Below are positions 48,189 through 59,761 of a DNA stretch of 64,000 nucleotides, one piece after another. Every line of letters starts with the position of its first letter. The first letter of the stretch is position 1. The DNA is from Fistulifera solaris (lineage: Eukaryota): positions 1,488,001-1,552,000 of the forward strand of contig AP026125.1 of NCBI GenBank assembly GCA_030295235.1, given 5' to 3'. A program made the position numbers and the translations under genes. The notes below the pieces were generated by a model that worked only from the letters and a program-made list of their open reading frames with translations, was not told where the DNA came from and ran no database searches.

Positions 48189-49367
48189 CTATTTCTCCAT
48201 TTCAATTACCAGTGGATCATATTTGTCGTAAATGCTTTCAACATATCCCGGCGGCGGCGTCTTGCTCCCCACCACAATCTCCCAGTCTTTCAAAAACGAC
48301 ATTTTCTTTTCCGGCCCTCCTCGCGCTTTGTACTGCTCAAAGTACCATTCCGTCATGTCATCTTTCAAATTGTGCGTGGGACCACTCCATCCCAACAACT
48401 CCTTGGCTTTGTCGGGCGCGACATAGAAATCGGTGTCACGAAACGGAAACTTGGTCTTGTCAAAGAGTTCAGCATCGTAAAATTCCGTCTCATACTTTTC
48501 AATGGCAGCCGCTTTCGCACAAATGTCGGCAACGTCTTTGTACGAAACGAGTTGGTCGGTGCCGCAATTGAAGAATCGTTGTTGTTTGGCGGCATCTTCG
48601 TTGTTCAACACGGAAGCCAACAAGGAGGCGACGTCGCGAGCGTGTGTGAGACTCACCAACTGTGAGCCGTCTCCTGGAATCGGAACGGGTAATTCGCGTA
48701 CCAATCGATCCAAGAAGTAATCAAGATAATCATTCTTGTTGGCTTTGGGGCCGTAGATGTATTGCGGTCGAAAGGAGACATAGGGCAAATTCAATTCAAT
48801 CGCTTTTTGATCGAATAAATTTTGATCGGCAGTTTCTTTGACGGGCGTATCTTCTGGCATGGGAAAGACGCCTTGCGGTTTGTACATGCCGGCGGAACTG
48901 ACGTAGGTGTAAAGCGTGACATTCCACGCTGCCGCACATTCGAGCAAAGCCAACGCTCCGCCCGTCGGTTTCTTGCTATTATTATCCCAAACATAATCAA
49001 ATCGCGCATCACGTCCACCCAACATGCCTTGCATCTGAAATCGATCGCATTCGGCCGACAGCGGTGCCTTCATGATAGTGACGCCGCGCAAATCGGGAAA
49101 ATACGAACAAAATGGTTCCGCTTCATCGTCGCAGGCATCGTCTTGCAAAATAGTGACGGACGTAATTTTGGGATGATCTTGCAGTAATTGCGCTAAATGG
49201 TATCCGATTTCACCGTGTCCACCGCCTTTGTTTTGTACAATGAGAGCCGAGCTGTACAACTCCGTCGGGAACGTGCGCGTTTGAGGAACGACGAATGCGG
49301 TAGCGACGGCACTCCATCCCAGCAAAGTCAATACTTTGACGAGTGAGTTATTTGTAGATGTAATCAT
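48189..49367 (-). CDS. CSP41: Chloroplast stem-loop binding protein CSP41a-like (NAD-dependent epimerase fold)
   Basis: Signal ..AVATA-FVVP; GGGHGEIGYHLA, YVSSAGMY, SFRPQYIYG, FPFRDTDFY. Confidence 0.85.
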   Translation of the reverse strand: MITSTNNSLVKVLTLLGWSAVATAFVVPQTRTFPTELYSSALIVQNKGGGHGEIGYHLAQLLQDHPKITSVTILQDDACDDEAEPFCSYFPDLRGVTIMKAPLSAECDRFQMQGMLGGRDARFDYVWDNNSKKPTGGALALLECAAAWNVTLYTYVSSAGMYKPQGVFPMPEDTPVKETADQNLFDQKAIELNLPYVSFRPQYIYGPKANKNDYLDYFLDRLVRELPVPIPGDGSQLVSLTHARDVASLLASVLNNEDAAKQQRFFNCGTDQLVSYKDVADICAKAAAIEKYETEFYDAELFDKTKFPFRDTDFYVAPDKAKELLGWSGPTHNLKDDMTEWYFEQYKARGGPEKKMSFLKDWEIVVGSKTPPPGYVESIYDKYDPLVIEMEK

Positions 49368-49779
49368 TATATCAACCGAGCTATGCAATAAGAATGATTA
49401 ATAATTATGAAAATGATTTCGTTGCTGGCTTCATTTTTTGTTTTTTTCGTTGTCGTTTTTGGCGAGAGCGTACGTCACTCACGGGTCACTGGTGATCGTG
49501 ACTCACTGATTTTCTTCATTGAAGTTTATCGATGGCGCGAAAGACACGCACCTCAAATAAACCAAAAACCGAAGCGGCAGCATGCCAATCACCCAACAAA
49601 GAGACGGACCGTCAGCATTCCTTCCCTTCTTCCTCAACATCGACAAAGCTCTTCAAGGTGTAGTGAACGAATAGTAATATCATTCTATTGCTCAAAAAGA
49701 AGCAATAGTGATACTTTTTCTGGCTCGCACAGTTTCATTCATTCAGTTTGATCGGATTACTTCTCACACAAACATCAAG

Positions 49780-51582
49780 ATGAAAACATCAACATCGCGG
49801 TTTGCTTCTTCCGCTACTCTGTTGGTGATTCTAGCCTCTTCACTCACGATAACAAATGCATTTTCCGCCATTACGGCTTCGTCCCGTGTTTCTAAGACAA
49901 CTACAGCACTTTACGCGGAAACTGCCGAACTACTCAGTCTCCCGGCGCGTCCAGGACGTCCTTTAAAAGTTGCCATTGCCGGCGGCGGAGTCGGTGGCTT
50001 GACAGCCGCACTCTGCTGCTTGAAGAAAGGCATGGATGTAACAATCTACGAAAAGACACAAGCCTTCGCTCGCTTTGGTGGACCCATCCAATTCGCTTCG
50101 AATGCCTTGAGTACACTCAAAGAAATTGATGAGACCGTCTTTGAGCGTGTCATGGAAAAGTTCACATTCACGGGTACGCGTGTGTGTGGTATTAAGGATG
50201 GATTGCGAGCGGATGGAAGCTTTCGTATGACGGACGATAGTTGGGACTTCTTAGTCAACAAAGATGCTCCTCCGGATTGGTTTGTCAAGTTTCCTCTCAA
50301 GGTGAGTTTCGCCAAAGAATTAAAGTGTAAATTTTTTGAAAGCCACCCTTAACTGACACACATGCTGCGAAACCGATAGCAATGTGCCGATCTCTTCGGC
50401 TTACCGTATACCGGTGTCATCGATCGTCCCGACCTGCAAGAAATTCTGTTGGACGAATGCAAGAAGCGCGACGAAGGGTTCATTGAGAATGGGAATGCCG
50501 TCGTTGGTTACGAGAATTTACCCGACGGCAAAGGCGTGACCATTCAATTGCAGGATGGTTCTACCGCACACGCGGATGTTTTGATTGGAGCCGATGGAAT
50601 TTGGTCCAACGTACGTGCGCAAATGTACAAGGAAGACCGAGCGAATATTGAAGGAGCGTCGGTCCGACAGGGATGTCCCTATTCGGGATACACGGTGTTT
50701 GCCGGAGAGACCATTATGCGCAAACCAGATTATTATGATACAGGATATGTGGTATACATTGGACCCAAACGATACTTTGTGACGAGTGATGTAGGAAATG
50801 GACGTATTCAATGGTATGCGTTCTTTGCTCTGCCACCGGGCACCAAAAAAAGCCCCGAGTGGATGGGGCGGTACGGAAGGAAAGGTATCGGACGAAAATC
50901 TGGTAGAATACATCAAAGGATTGCACGAAGGATGGACGGATGAAATTATGCAGAGTCTTGGACGCAACACCACCCGAATCTGTGGAGCAGCGTGATCTGT
51001 ACGATCGTCGACCTGAACTGTTTCGAAGTTGGGCCGACGGGAACGTTGTATTGATGGGGAGACGCTGTGCACGCCATGATGCCCAACTTGGGACAAGGCG
51101 GTTGCCAAGCGATTGAAGATGCCTACGTCTTGTCGGAATTGCTCGCCAACACCAAGTCGACCGACAAACTGCCGGCGACGTTGCAAACATTCTACAATAA
51201 ACGTTTATTCCGTGTGTCGACTGTGCAGTTCATGTCGAAGCTAGCGTCAGATCTTATCATTAATGCGTTTGACACACCCTGGAGTCCACACGACAATTTA
51301 GGCAAGAGCTGGAAGAGTTACTTGACCTTCTTCTGGAAACCGATCCTTCAATATCTGATTTTCCCCGCTCAGTTCGCTTATCTTTACAGCTACCACCCGA
51401 CCGGTAATATTGCCGAGACAGCGAAAGCACTCGCAGAAACGTGGGAGACAAGACACCGCGAAGGGGCAGAAGCTGCCTTTAGTCGGGTAGAAAGAGGAGA
51501 GCAAGTCAAGGCTTCAGGTCCTTCTTTCTTTCAAAAGTTCAAAGAAAACGATAAAGTGGAGGAGAAATCTGTTGCTGTATAG
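49780..51582 (+). CDS. ZEP: Zeaxanthin epoxidase (FAD monooxygenase), plastid-targeted
   Basis: Signal ..TITNA-FSA; AIAGGGVGGL, GPIQFASNAL, GADGIWSNVR, YSGYTVF, GDAVHAMMPNLGQGGCQAIED. Intron 50302-50379; frameshifts at homopolymers ~50848 and ~51058 and one ~50960. Confidence 0.92.
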
Positions 51583-51909
51583 AAGGATACAGCATTGCTA
51601 ACTATGAATCAAAAGTATTCAAGTTGATAGTTGCTACTATATTATACGTCCTTAGTTGCTACAAGAACCTAGAAAAAGTACGACTAGACCCTAAACCGTC
51701 CTTTAAGTCGGGTTCGTAGTTTCCATGAGACTTCTCTTTGCGTTATAGTAACAATGGATTCCTTTTGAAAAACGCAAATTTGACGTACCGGTACCGTTGT
51801 TTTTCACAGAAAATGATTGCATAAACGAAAGATCTTTCTCCATCATCACACCATGAAAGTTTCGACGCAATTTGAAACATATATGACTGCGATATGATCA
51901 CTTTAAACG

Positions 51910-53212
51910 ATGATCCTCGCACAACAGTTCCTCATCCTACTGCTGAGTTTTCACGTGGAGCCCATACTCTCGTTTCAAGCCATTCAAGGCGCTAGTATGA
52001 AACACGCATGTTCCGTGCGATCGCCTCGCCTCGTGTTGCTGCAAGAGGTAACAGAAGCCAACCATTCCGAACCAGAAACGACCTTACGCTCAACGTGGAA
52101 TGTGTTTCTAGAAAATCTCTGGAAAGGAGTCACGTTACCCTTTCCGGCATTGAGAAAAACTCGTCCAGGCGTCGGATGGCAACTCGCATCCACTTTCCTT
52201 CAGCATGTCGTTGCGCGAAGGATTTCTTTGCGTGCTGGCCTATTTAGCGACCGGTATCTTAGCCTATTCGGTTGTTCTTGAAAAGTGGTCGGTAGTGGAT
52301 GCTTTATATTTTTCTTGTGTTACCTTTTCGACTGTCGGATATGGCGATCTGTGCCCGTCGACGCCTCAATCAAAACTGTTTACGTGTGTCTTTGGATTGT
52401 GTGGCATTGCCTTTCTGGGGGCGGCGATAGCCACCATTGGAGGGCGAGTCATTCAGGCTGAAGTGGAAGCCGTTCAGGAAGCTCGACAACGGTCCAAGAA
52501 GCGTTTGGCGAAATTATTCGAAGGCATGCCTGCGGTGTTGAAACGACATCGACACAAGAATCATATCGAGCAACGACAAGCAGTACACAAGGCACAAACG
52601 CGTATGCGACGAGCTCTAGTCGAATACAAAGCAGGGAGATGGGTTACCTCTATAGCACAGGTAGCCCGACGAGTGCTTCCTTCCTTATCCATTATCTTTG
52701 GAGGAAGTGCCTTGGTGCACCACTTGAACGGACACTCTCGGTGGTGGTCCCTGGATTCGATTTATCTAGGTCTCATTACGGCATCGACTATTGGCTTTGG
52801 TGATTTTTCTCCTCAGACAAAGTGGGCTCGTTTATTAGCAGTGGTGTATATACCCTTGTCGGTTGCTGCGGCAGGAGATTTGTTTTCCGGACTCGCAAAC
52901 GCGTTGCTCGTACGGCGCCAACGAGAAGTGTTCGCTCACCAGCTGGAAAAGGATTTGACAATCAAACACTTACAGGCTATGGATGTGGATGGCGACGGCA
53001 AAATCACTAGAGAAGAATACGTGCAGTTCATGCTTATCGAAATGGGCTTGGTCTCCGCAGAAGAGTTCAAAGAGCTAGCGGAACAATTCGAGCGCTTGGA
53101 TGTCACTCGATCTGGTTATCTCGACAATGATGACTTGAAGCTCATGGCTGAACTTCGGGGTGCAACGGTGAAGGGCTCGTCGGAGCATGATGAAACAGGC
53201 GGAAACAATTAA
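51910..53212 (+). CDS. Two-pore K+ channel (TPK/KCO type) with EF-hands
   Basis: Pore loops TVGYGD and TIGFGD; EF-hands DVDGDGKITREE and DVTRSGYLD. One extra A in the A-run at ~52157. Confidence 0.9.
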
Positions 53213-53447
53213 GAAACGCGAAAGTTTCTAAAGCTAAGCTACGTTTAATGGCTGTATTGAGTATTTTATTTGAGAATAGCTCTGCAAGGACTTATCAAAT
53301 GTTAACTATTACTCGTGTTTCAATGCGCAAAATAGAACGCACGACTGGTGCAACGTCATCCTATGTTCATGTTTTTTTTTCGGATGACGGTGAATTTGCG
53401 CCCGCATTTTCTTTTTCTTCACTTCAATGTTATCGTCATGAATCGTC

Positions 53448-54682
53448 ATGACCAATACCTCCTATCAAACCACTAGTCAGAAACGCAGCATCGGCAACCT
53501 GACTTCCCCCTGTCAATCCAAGAGAGAGGGTTGCAAAGTCGCTGTACTTCTTTTCGCTGTACTAGTAGCGGCAGCCGATTCATTTTCGATCACTACTGGG
53601 CCCGTTCGAGCTTCATCTGTCAATACTTTCATGTGTAGACAGGACACTACCCCTCGACGAACCCCAAATTTACAATTGGTCTTCTCGCCGACATTCAATA
53701 CGCCCCGATTCCCGATGGCTTCTCGTACGGCGGAAAACCTCGGTACTACCGACATGCTCTGCAAGTAGCGAAAGTTGCTGCGCAACACTTTCAGGACGAG
53801 CGAGTTCCTCTTGTGGTCAATTTAGGCGATATTGTGGATGGAAAATGTCAAGAAATACAAAGCGATTCGGGTGTTACGGTCGACCCAGGCCATGCGGCAG
53901 TGAGCCATGTCATGGATGCACTTTCGGCATACCAACATGGACCCATACTACATGCTTATGGAAATCACTGTTTGTACAACTTGGATCGACCTTCTTTGCA
54001 AACAAAGCTGGGAATTCCGTTTGTACAAGAACCATGTGGTGATTGGGTAGGATACTTCTCGCATTGCTTTCAAACGATTTATTGTGATAGATTCGTACGA
54101 CATTGCGAAGCATCGGAGATGTAAAACAACATCACAAAAGTACCAGCAAGCGGTAAACATTTTATCGGAAAATAATCCAAATTATCCTCATGCAGAAAAC
54201 TCTCCGGAAGGGTTAGAAGATCTGGATATGCGCTTTGTTGCCTTCAACGGTGCTGTCGGCCCTCTTCAATTGAATGGCTCAAACAACAGCTTCAAGAATG
54301 TCGCGAAAACGAAGAAACTGCCGTTATCCTTAGTCATCAACCCATTTTACCCGGATCCAGTAGTCCTGTCTGTCTGATTTGGAACTACGATCAAGTGCTC
54401 AGCATATTGAGAGCAAATGCGGACGTTGTTGCTGCATCATTTTGTGGACATGCTCACAAGGGATCGTACAAAAGAGATGACGTGAGTGGCATCCATTTTC
54501 GAGTTTTTGAAGCTGCTTTAGAAAATCTGGACAAAACATACGCGATGGTCGATTTTTATTCGGATCGTATACATGTGAGAGGATATGGCAGCTGCGAGTC
54601 TGCCGTGTACGATATGGGTCATTTACAGAGGAAGATTTCATTGATTGAAAGAGAGCAAGTTGAGCGTACGGAAAAACAATAA
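53448..54682 (+). CDS. ADPRM: Mn-dependent ADP-ribose/CDP-alcohol diphosphatase (metallophosphoesterase)
   Basis: LLADIQYA, PRYYRHAL, NLGDIVDG, GNHC, RFVAFNGAVG, CGHAH; several frameshifts. Confidence 0.82.
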
Positions 54683-55161
54683 GGACCTGAACTTCCTGTG
54701 TATAGTTGGCGCATTAATAAATCTTGCTCACCAGATACGCTCTTTAGACAAGCGAGGAATATACCTCTCGTTTACGGAGGATTTGGGACGCAATTCATCA
54801 TGATATGGTTTGAATTAACTAAAAGTACGTAATTGCTCTTTCAGAGGTGTTCTACGTATCGAAAGTAGTTCAACCGCCGTAAAACGAGCAAAACAACGGA
54901 AGGATACAGATTAAGACTAAGTCAAATAGCTAAATCATTCATGTCTCGTGATTGGAATTTAAATCTTTTGGTGAAAAACGGACAACAATTTGGGCCTATA
55001 GTAATTTTTCAATAAAAGTTTTTGAGCAATTTTGGAGCGGTCTATTTCAGAGATAGAATGCAGTTACAAACAGTTGGTATTCTACGCTTCATAATCATTA
55101 TTTTAGCTCCGACTGGGTGTATAGCATGATCATTTTTTGCCCTTGATAAAAAGAGATAAGG

Positions 55162-55436
55162 AACTGAAATTCAGTCGCGGTCTCCGTAAACCAACACAAT
55201 GATCCTATAGTGGCCCTAGAAGCCAACGACCCGGAACTTCTCGAAGGCGTTAATCAAGTTGCGTTTCAAATACAAACCGTAATCTGGAATGTATTATGAC
55301 ACCCATAGAAGTCTTTAAATTGATTATACATCTTGTGCTATCATTTGTGGCCCAGCTTGTCGCCGTTTCATTCGTTTTTCAGTGACTGAGATTCAGTCGC
55401 GGTCTCCTTGAACCTTCACATTGACCCTATAGTAAC
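55162..55436. repeat. Degenerate ~222-bp tandem unit with ACTGA(n3)TCAGTC palindrome (related to 40088-40370)
   Basis: actga(a/g)attcagtcgcggtctcc at 55163 and 55385, each followed by ..tga(t/c)cctatagt. Confidence 0.72.
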
Positions 55437-55627
55437 CTGCGCCCTGCGCAGTCGTGTTAATAAAGGTGATACACGTTCGGGCATTTTTTTTTAACTTGGT
55501 GGTGTTCGTCGCGTTAACAATCATCGCGTGTTCTGCGAGCGTGTTGAATGCGTTGCTGCATTTTTGTGCAAGAATAATAATCATTTATTTATTTATATGT
55601 CACAACTTATCAGAAGAAACTAGCACC

Positions 55628-56666
55628 ATGGACTCCTGGTTTAACATCGACTCGCTGAAAAGCTTGACGGAGAAGGTCAACGCGGAATCAATCAAGGAAT
55701 TCACCGAAAAAGTGCAGAGCGCCTTGCCCAAGATCGATGACAGTCTTATTGAGAAATTGACTTTGACCTCACCGGAATTGGCGGAGGAGAGGCGCAAAAT
55801 TGATAACGAAGAACGAGCTAAGGAGGCTTCTAGAAATTCCTTAGCTGGTTTACTGCCTTGGGAAACACGAGACCCTGACCGCGATATCTTAGTAGACGAA
55901 TGTCGTGACGCTATCCTCAAATTAAGTCGTGATCGAAGCACTTTTTCAGGTCCGTACCCAATGCCGAAGTCTAAAACCTCTGCTCAAGACAATGAGCAAG
56001 ATAAGGAATCACACGACAATAATGACCCGTCTCAAGAATCCAAAGAGAAGCTGGAAAAGTTGGAACCTCTGCCAAAACGCTTGCAAGATTTCAGCCTGGA
56101 CGCGCACGTCGGACTTATTGAGCGACTTTTGAAAGAAGACCCCAATTTGGTCAAGATGCAGATGTCGCTTTCAGGTACGCGCTTTCAATTCATGTGTCTC
56201 AGTCAGCTGCCGGCTCGACGTTCTCATCTTTTTTCTCATTGTAAACGCAACAGCCGGAGGCGAGCGTGAACGGACGTTTTGGAGAAATTATTTCTTTCAT
56301 TGTGCCTATACACGATATGAGGCGGGTCTCAGTATTGACGAAATATGGTCTGATGATCCTCCCGTTTTCGCTAGTCCGATACCGACAGATTTGCCTGGGG
56401 AGAACGACGAAGAGACGATTACATTCCAAGAGACGGTGAATGTCAAAGACATGAACGAGCCCAAGGGCGACCAACTCAAACCTGCGAGTAATGATGCAGA
56501 AAGTAGTCTATCTGACGTCGACGTACCGTTGGACCGTAATGATTTCGAAATGGTTGGCGAAACAGAATTGGATCACACTCCTTCGAATGACGGTGACGAC
56601 GATGATCTCGCGGATTATGAACTCGACGAGTTGGAGGCCGAGATTGCACGTGAACTAGAAGACTAG
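55628..56666 (+). CDS. BSD domain protein
   Basis: LLPWE, LLKEDPNLVKMQ..ERTFWRNYFFH and acidic C-terminus ELEAEIARELED. Intron ~56175-56253. Confidence 0.8.
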
Positions 56667-56793
56667 TTGCAGGACGTAGACCAATACCTTTGTATTTTAA
56701 TTGCTCGTTTTAGTTCGACATACAGGTTTAAGAGTGTGCACCTAGCGTTGATTAAAGTTTTCAGAACACATAGGTAGAGCGTAACAAAACCGA

Positions 56794-57248
56794 TTCCAGA
56801 AATTCTGGAATCGGTGGTTGCGGTCATACTAAACATCTGCGGTATTCCGAGAAATTCTAGATTCGGTGTTGCGATCACATGGAAATGCTGCGCTCGTTCC
56901 AGAAATTCTGGAATCGGTGTATGCGATGATACCGAGATCGGGTGTTGTTCCAGAAATTCTGGAATCGATATTTCCATCATACCGAGATACTGTGGCCGTT
57001 CCAGAAATCCTGGAACCGCTGTTCGAACTTTGTGGTGGTTCCAAAAGTCTGGAATCGCTGTTTTGTATCATAAGGAGTAAAGAGGCTCAGTGGTCGTTCC
57101 AGAAATTCTGGGATCATTGGAGGTTGCGATCATACAGAAATTCTGTGGATATTACAGAAATTCTGGATACGGTAGTTGATATCATACAAAAGCTGAGTTT
57201 GATTTCCAGAAAATCTGGAAATTAATGGAGGTTCCAGAATTTCTGGAA
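56794..57248. repeat. Palindrome-core minisatellite array 4 (degenerate ~51-52-bp units)
   Basis: TTCCAGAAATTCTGGAATCG-like cores recur about ten times; intervening sequence diverged but related (GATCATAC..). Confidence 0.9.
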
Positions 57249-57597
57249 GTTCTTTGCCCCGGTGCTAGGTAATGAAATAAATAATTGGCGCGAACGCCGG
57301 CCCGCGACTTGACTGGCAGACAGCAGACAGCAGACAGACGTTTAGAAGGTACCTGTACAATGTACATTATACTATCAGATTTACTGCCAAGGAGATACTA
57401 AACGGTGCCCGCGACAACCGCATCCACCACCCATCATCCAACCACACAAAAGATAGCCACCAATCGATCGATGATTTGTAACGGATACGGCAAATCAGAT
57501 TCACCTCTACTGCTGCATTTGCAATTGGAAGCGTTGTCTTTACTGACCAGACAGCGCTTAAGACCCAAGACAAGCATACTGAATACAAAGTGGCGAA

Positions 57598-59086
57598 ATG
57601 CGCTGGTCACAAATTGCTACCCGTCAAGCCTTGCGAAAGGTGACGGAATCGCCCAGAAATAGAATCCTTGCCGCTCGGGCCTTTGGCAGCCAATCCGAAA
57701 AGGATAGAGTGCGATCTCCGTGGACTATGGCTGCCGTTTTTACTGCTAGTCTTGCGGGTGCAGCTGCAGTGACTCTGTGTGAGGACCCTGCCGATAACTT
57801 TACATTCGTTCGTACCTACAGCAAATCAGGAATGGCCGATCCACTGACGAGCTTTGCCAAGTACGCGCAAAAGAAGGAACACGAAGAAAGACATTCACAG
57901 CACGACGAAGTGAAGAAGCAAGATGTGTCTGTTCAAGCTACTAGCACTGCCAACGGCGAAGGCGTGGATATGGCAGCAACTGCCAGTGCTGATACCCTAA
58001 GCGAAGGGGAAGCGAAGATTGAGGCAGAAGCCCGCAAGCTAAAGCAGCACTCTGGAGGTCTTAAGGTCTTTAGTGGAAACGGTAACATGTCCTTGTCGCT
58101 CGAGATTGCTCGCCATCTTGGCATTAATTTGGGTAAGGCCACGGTTGGAAGATTTGCCGATGGTGAAGTGAACTGCGTCATTAATGAGAATGTGCGCGGA
58201 AAGGATGTCTATATCGTACAACCCACTTGCCCGCCTGTTAACGACAACATTATGGAGCTTCTCTTAATGATATCTACGCTCCGACGTGCCAGTGCTCGCC
58301 GTATCACAGTCGTAATCCCCTATTACGGTTATGCTCGTCAGGATCGAAAAATGCAGGTAAGAAATTCGCAGCAGAAATGACAACCACAAGGGCCCAAACA
58401 AAAGACGTTAACAAATTTATTTTTAGGCGCGCGTGCCCATTTCAGCTGCCGACGTGGCCCGTTTGATGGAAGCCATGGGTGTCGACAGAGTCATTGCTGT
58501 GGATTTGCACTGCGGACAGATCCAAGGTTTCTTCGGACCTCGCGTTCCAGTCGATAATCTGGATGGGGGCATTGTGGGTCTGGACTATTTTGGCTGCAAA
58601 GATCTTCACAATCCTGTTGTCGTAAGTCCAGATGCCGGAGGTGTATATCGAGCAAAGAAGTTCAAGGAAGGTCTTGAGCAAAAGTACGAAATGAATGATG
58701 TCGGTCTTGCCATGATTGTCAAACAGCGTGCACGCGCTGGTGCTGTCGACCAGATGGACTTGGTTGGTGATGTCAAGGATTGCGATTGCATTTTGGTTGA
58801 CGACATGATTGATACGGCAGGAACGTTGTGTAAAGCAGCTGATGTCCTTATTGCCAGTGGCGCACGTCGAGTTTTCGCGTTTGCCAGTCACGGTCTTCTC
58901 AGCGGTCCAGGAAATGATCGAATTGCCAACTCAAACATAGAAGAAGTTGTGATTCTCAATACAATTCCGACTTCTCCTCAGCGAGAAGCCAATGAGAAGC
59001 TAACGGAGCTCAGCGTTGCACCCCTGTTGGCTCAAGCCATCTTCAACATTCACGCCAAGAAGAGTATCTCCGCCCTTTTCAAATAA
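57598..59086 (+). CDS. PRS: Ribose-phosphate pyrophosphokinase (PRPP synthetase) with organellar presequence
   Basis: [50 protein letters not shown]. Intron 58357-58426. Confidence 0.95.
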
Positions 59087-59207
59087 AGTATAAAATTGTG
59101 TACGTACACAGCAAGTTAATGACAATGACTTTTTCAAAGCTGGACTAGATGTTTACATGATATCTCGTTTGTCATTTCCCTTGCAATAAAATCGCATCAG
59201 TTCGATG

Positions 59208-59665
59208 ATACAGAAGTTCTGTGTGTTTGGTCCAGAAATTCTGGACCATCTTTGTTTGCAAGCATACAGAAATCCTGTTTGTTGGGTCCAGAAATTCAGG
59301 ACCACGTGTTTGCGATAAAACAGAAATTCTGCGTGTCTGGTCGAGAAATTCTGGAACTTCTGTGTTAGCGTTGATTCAGAAACTCTCTGGCATGTCCAGA
59401 AATTATGGAACATATGTGTACGGTCCAGAAATATAGAAATATCGGTGTTTGCGATCTTTTAGAATTTTTGTGGTTGTTCCAGAAATTCTGGAATGGGTGT
59501 TTGTGATCATACAGAAATCCTGTTTGATTGGTCCACAAATTCTGGACCATTCTTCTTTGCAGTCATACAGACATTCTGTGCGATTGGTCCAGAAAATCTG
59601 GACCGTAGTATTTGATTGTGATCATACAGAAATGCTGTGTGTTTGGTCCAGATATTCTGGACCAT
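59208..59665. repeat. Palindrome-core minisatellite array 5 (opposite orientation to array 3)
   Basis: CATACAGAAATCCTGT..TGGTCCAGAAATTCTGGACC units, the reverse complement of the array 3 consensus. Confidence 0.9.
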
Positions 59666-59761
59666 CATTATTTTTGTAATCGATGGAGCGTCGCGTCAAG
59701 AACAATAATAATATTTTTTCCCGTTGTCTCAAACGAGACGACGACGATTCAAAAATCAAGG

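Noticed and set aside
7370..52165. Programmed ribosomal frameshifting as the cause of broken ORFs
   Set aside because: Shifts go in both directions, at runs of different bases, in unrelated housekeeping genes. Sequencing error is simpler.
56794..57248. CRISPR-like repeat/spacer appearance of the palindromic arrays
   Set aside because: The spacers are homologous to each other (degenerate tandem units), the context is eukaryotic with introns, and no cas genes are present.
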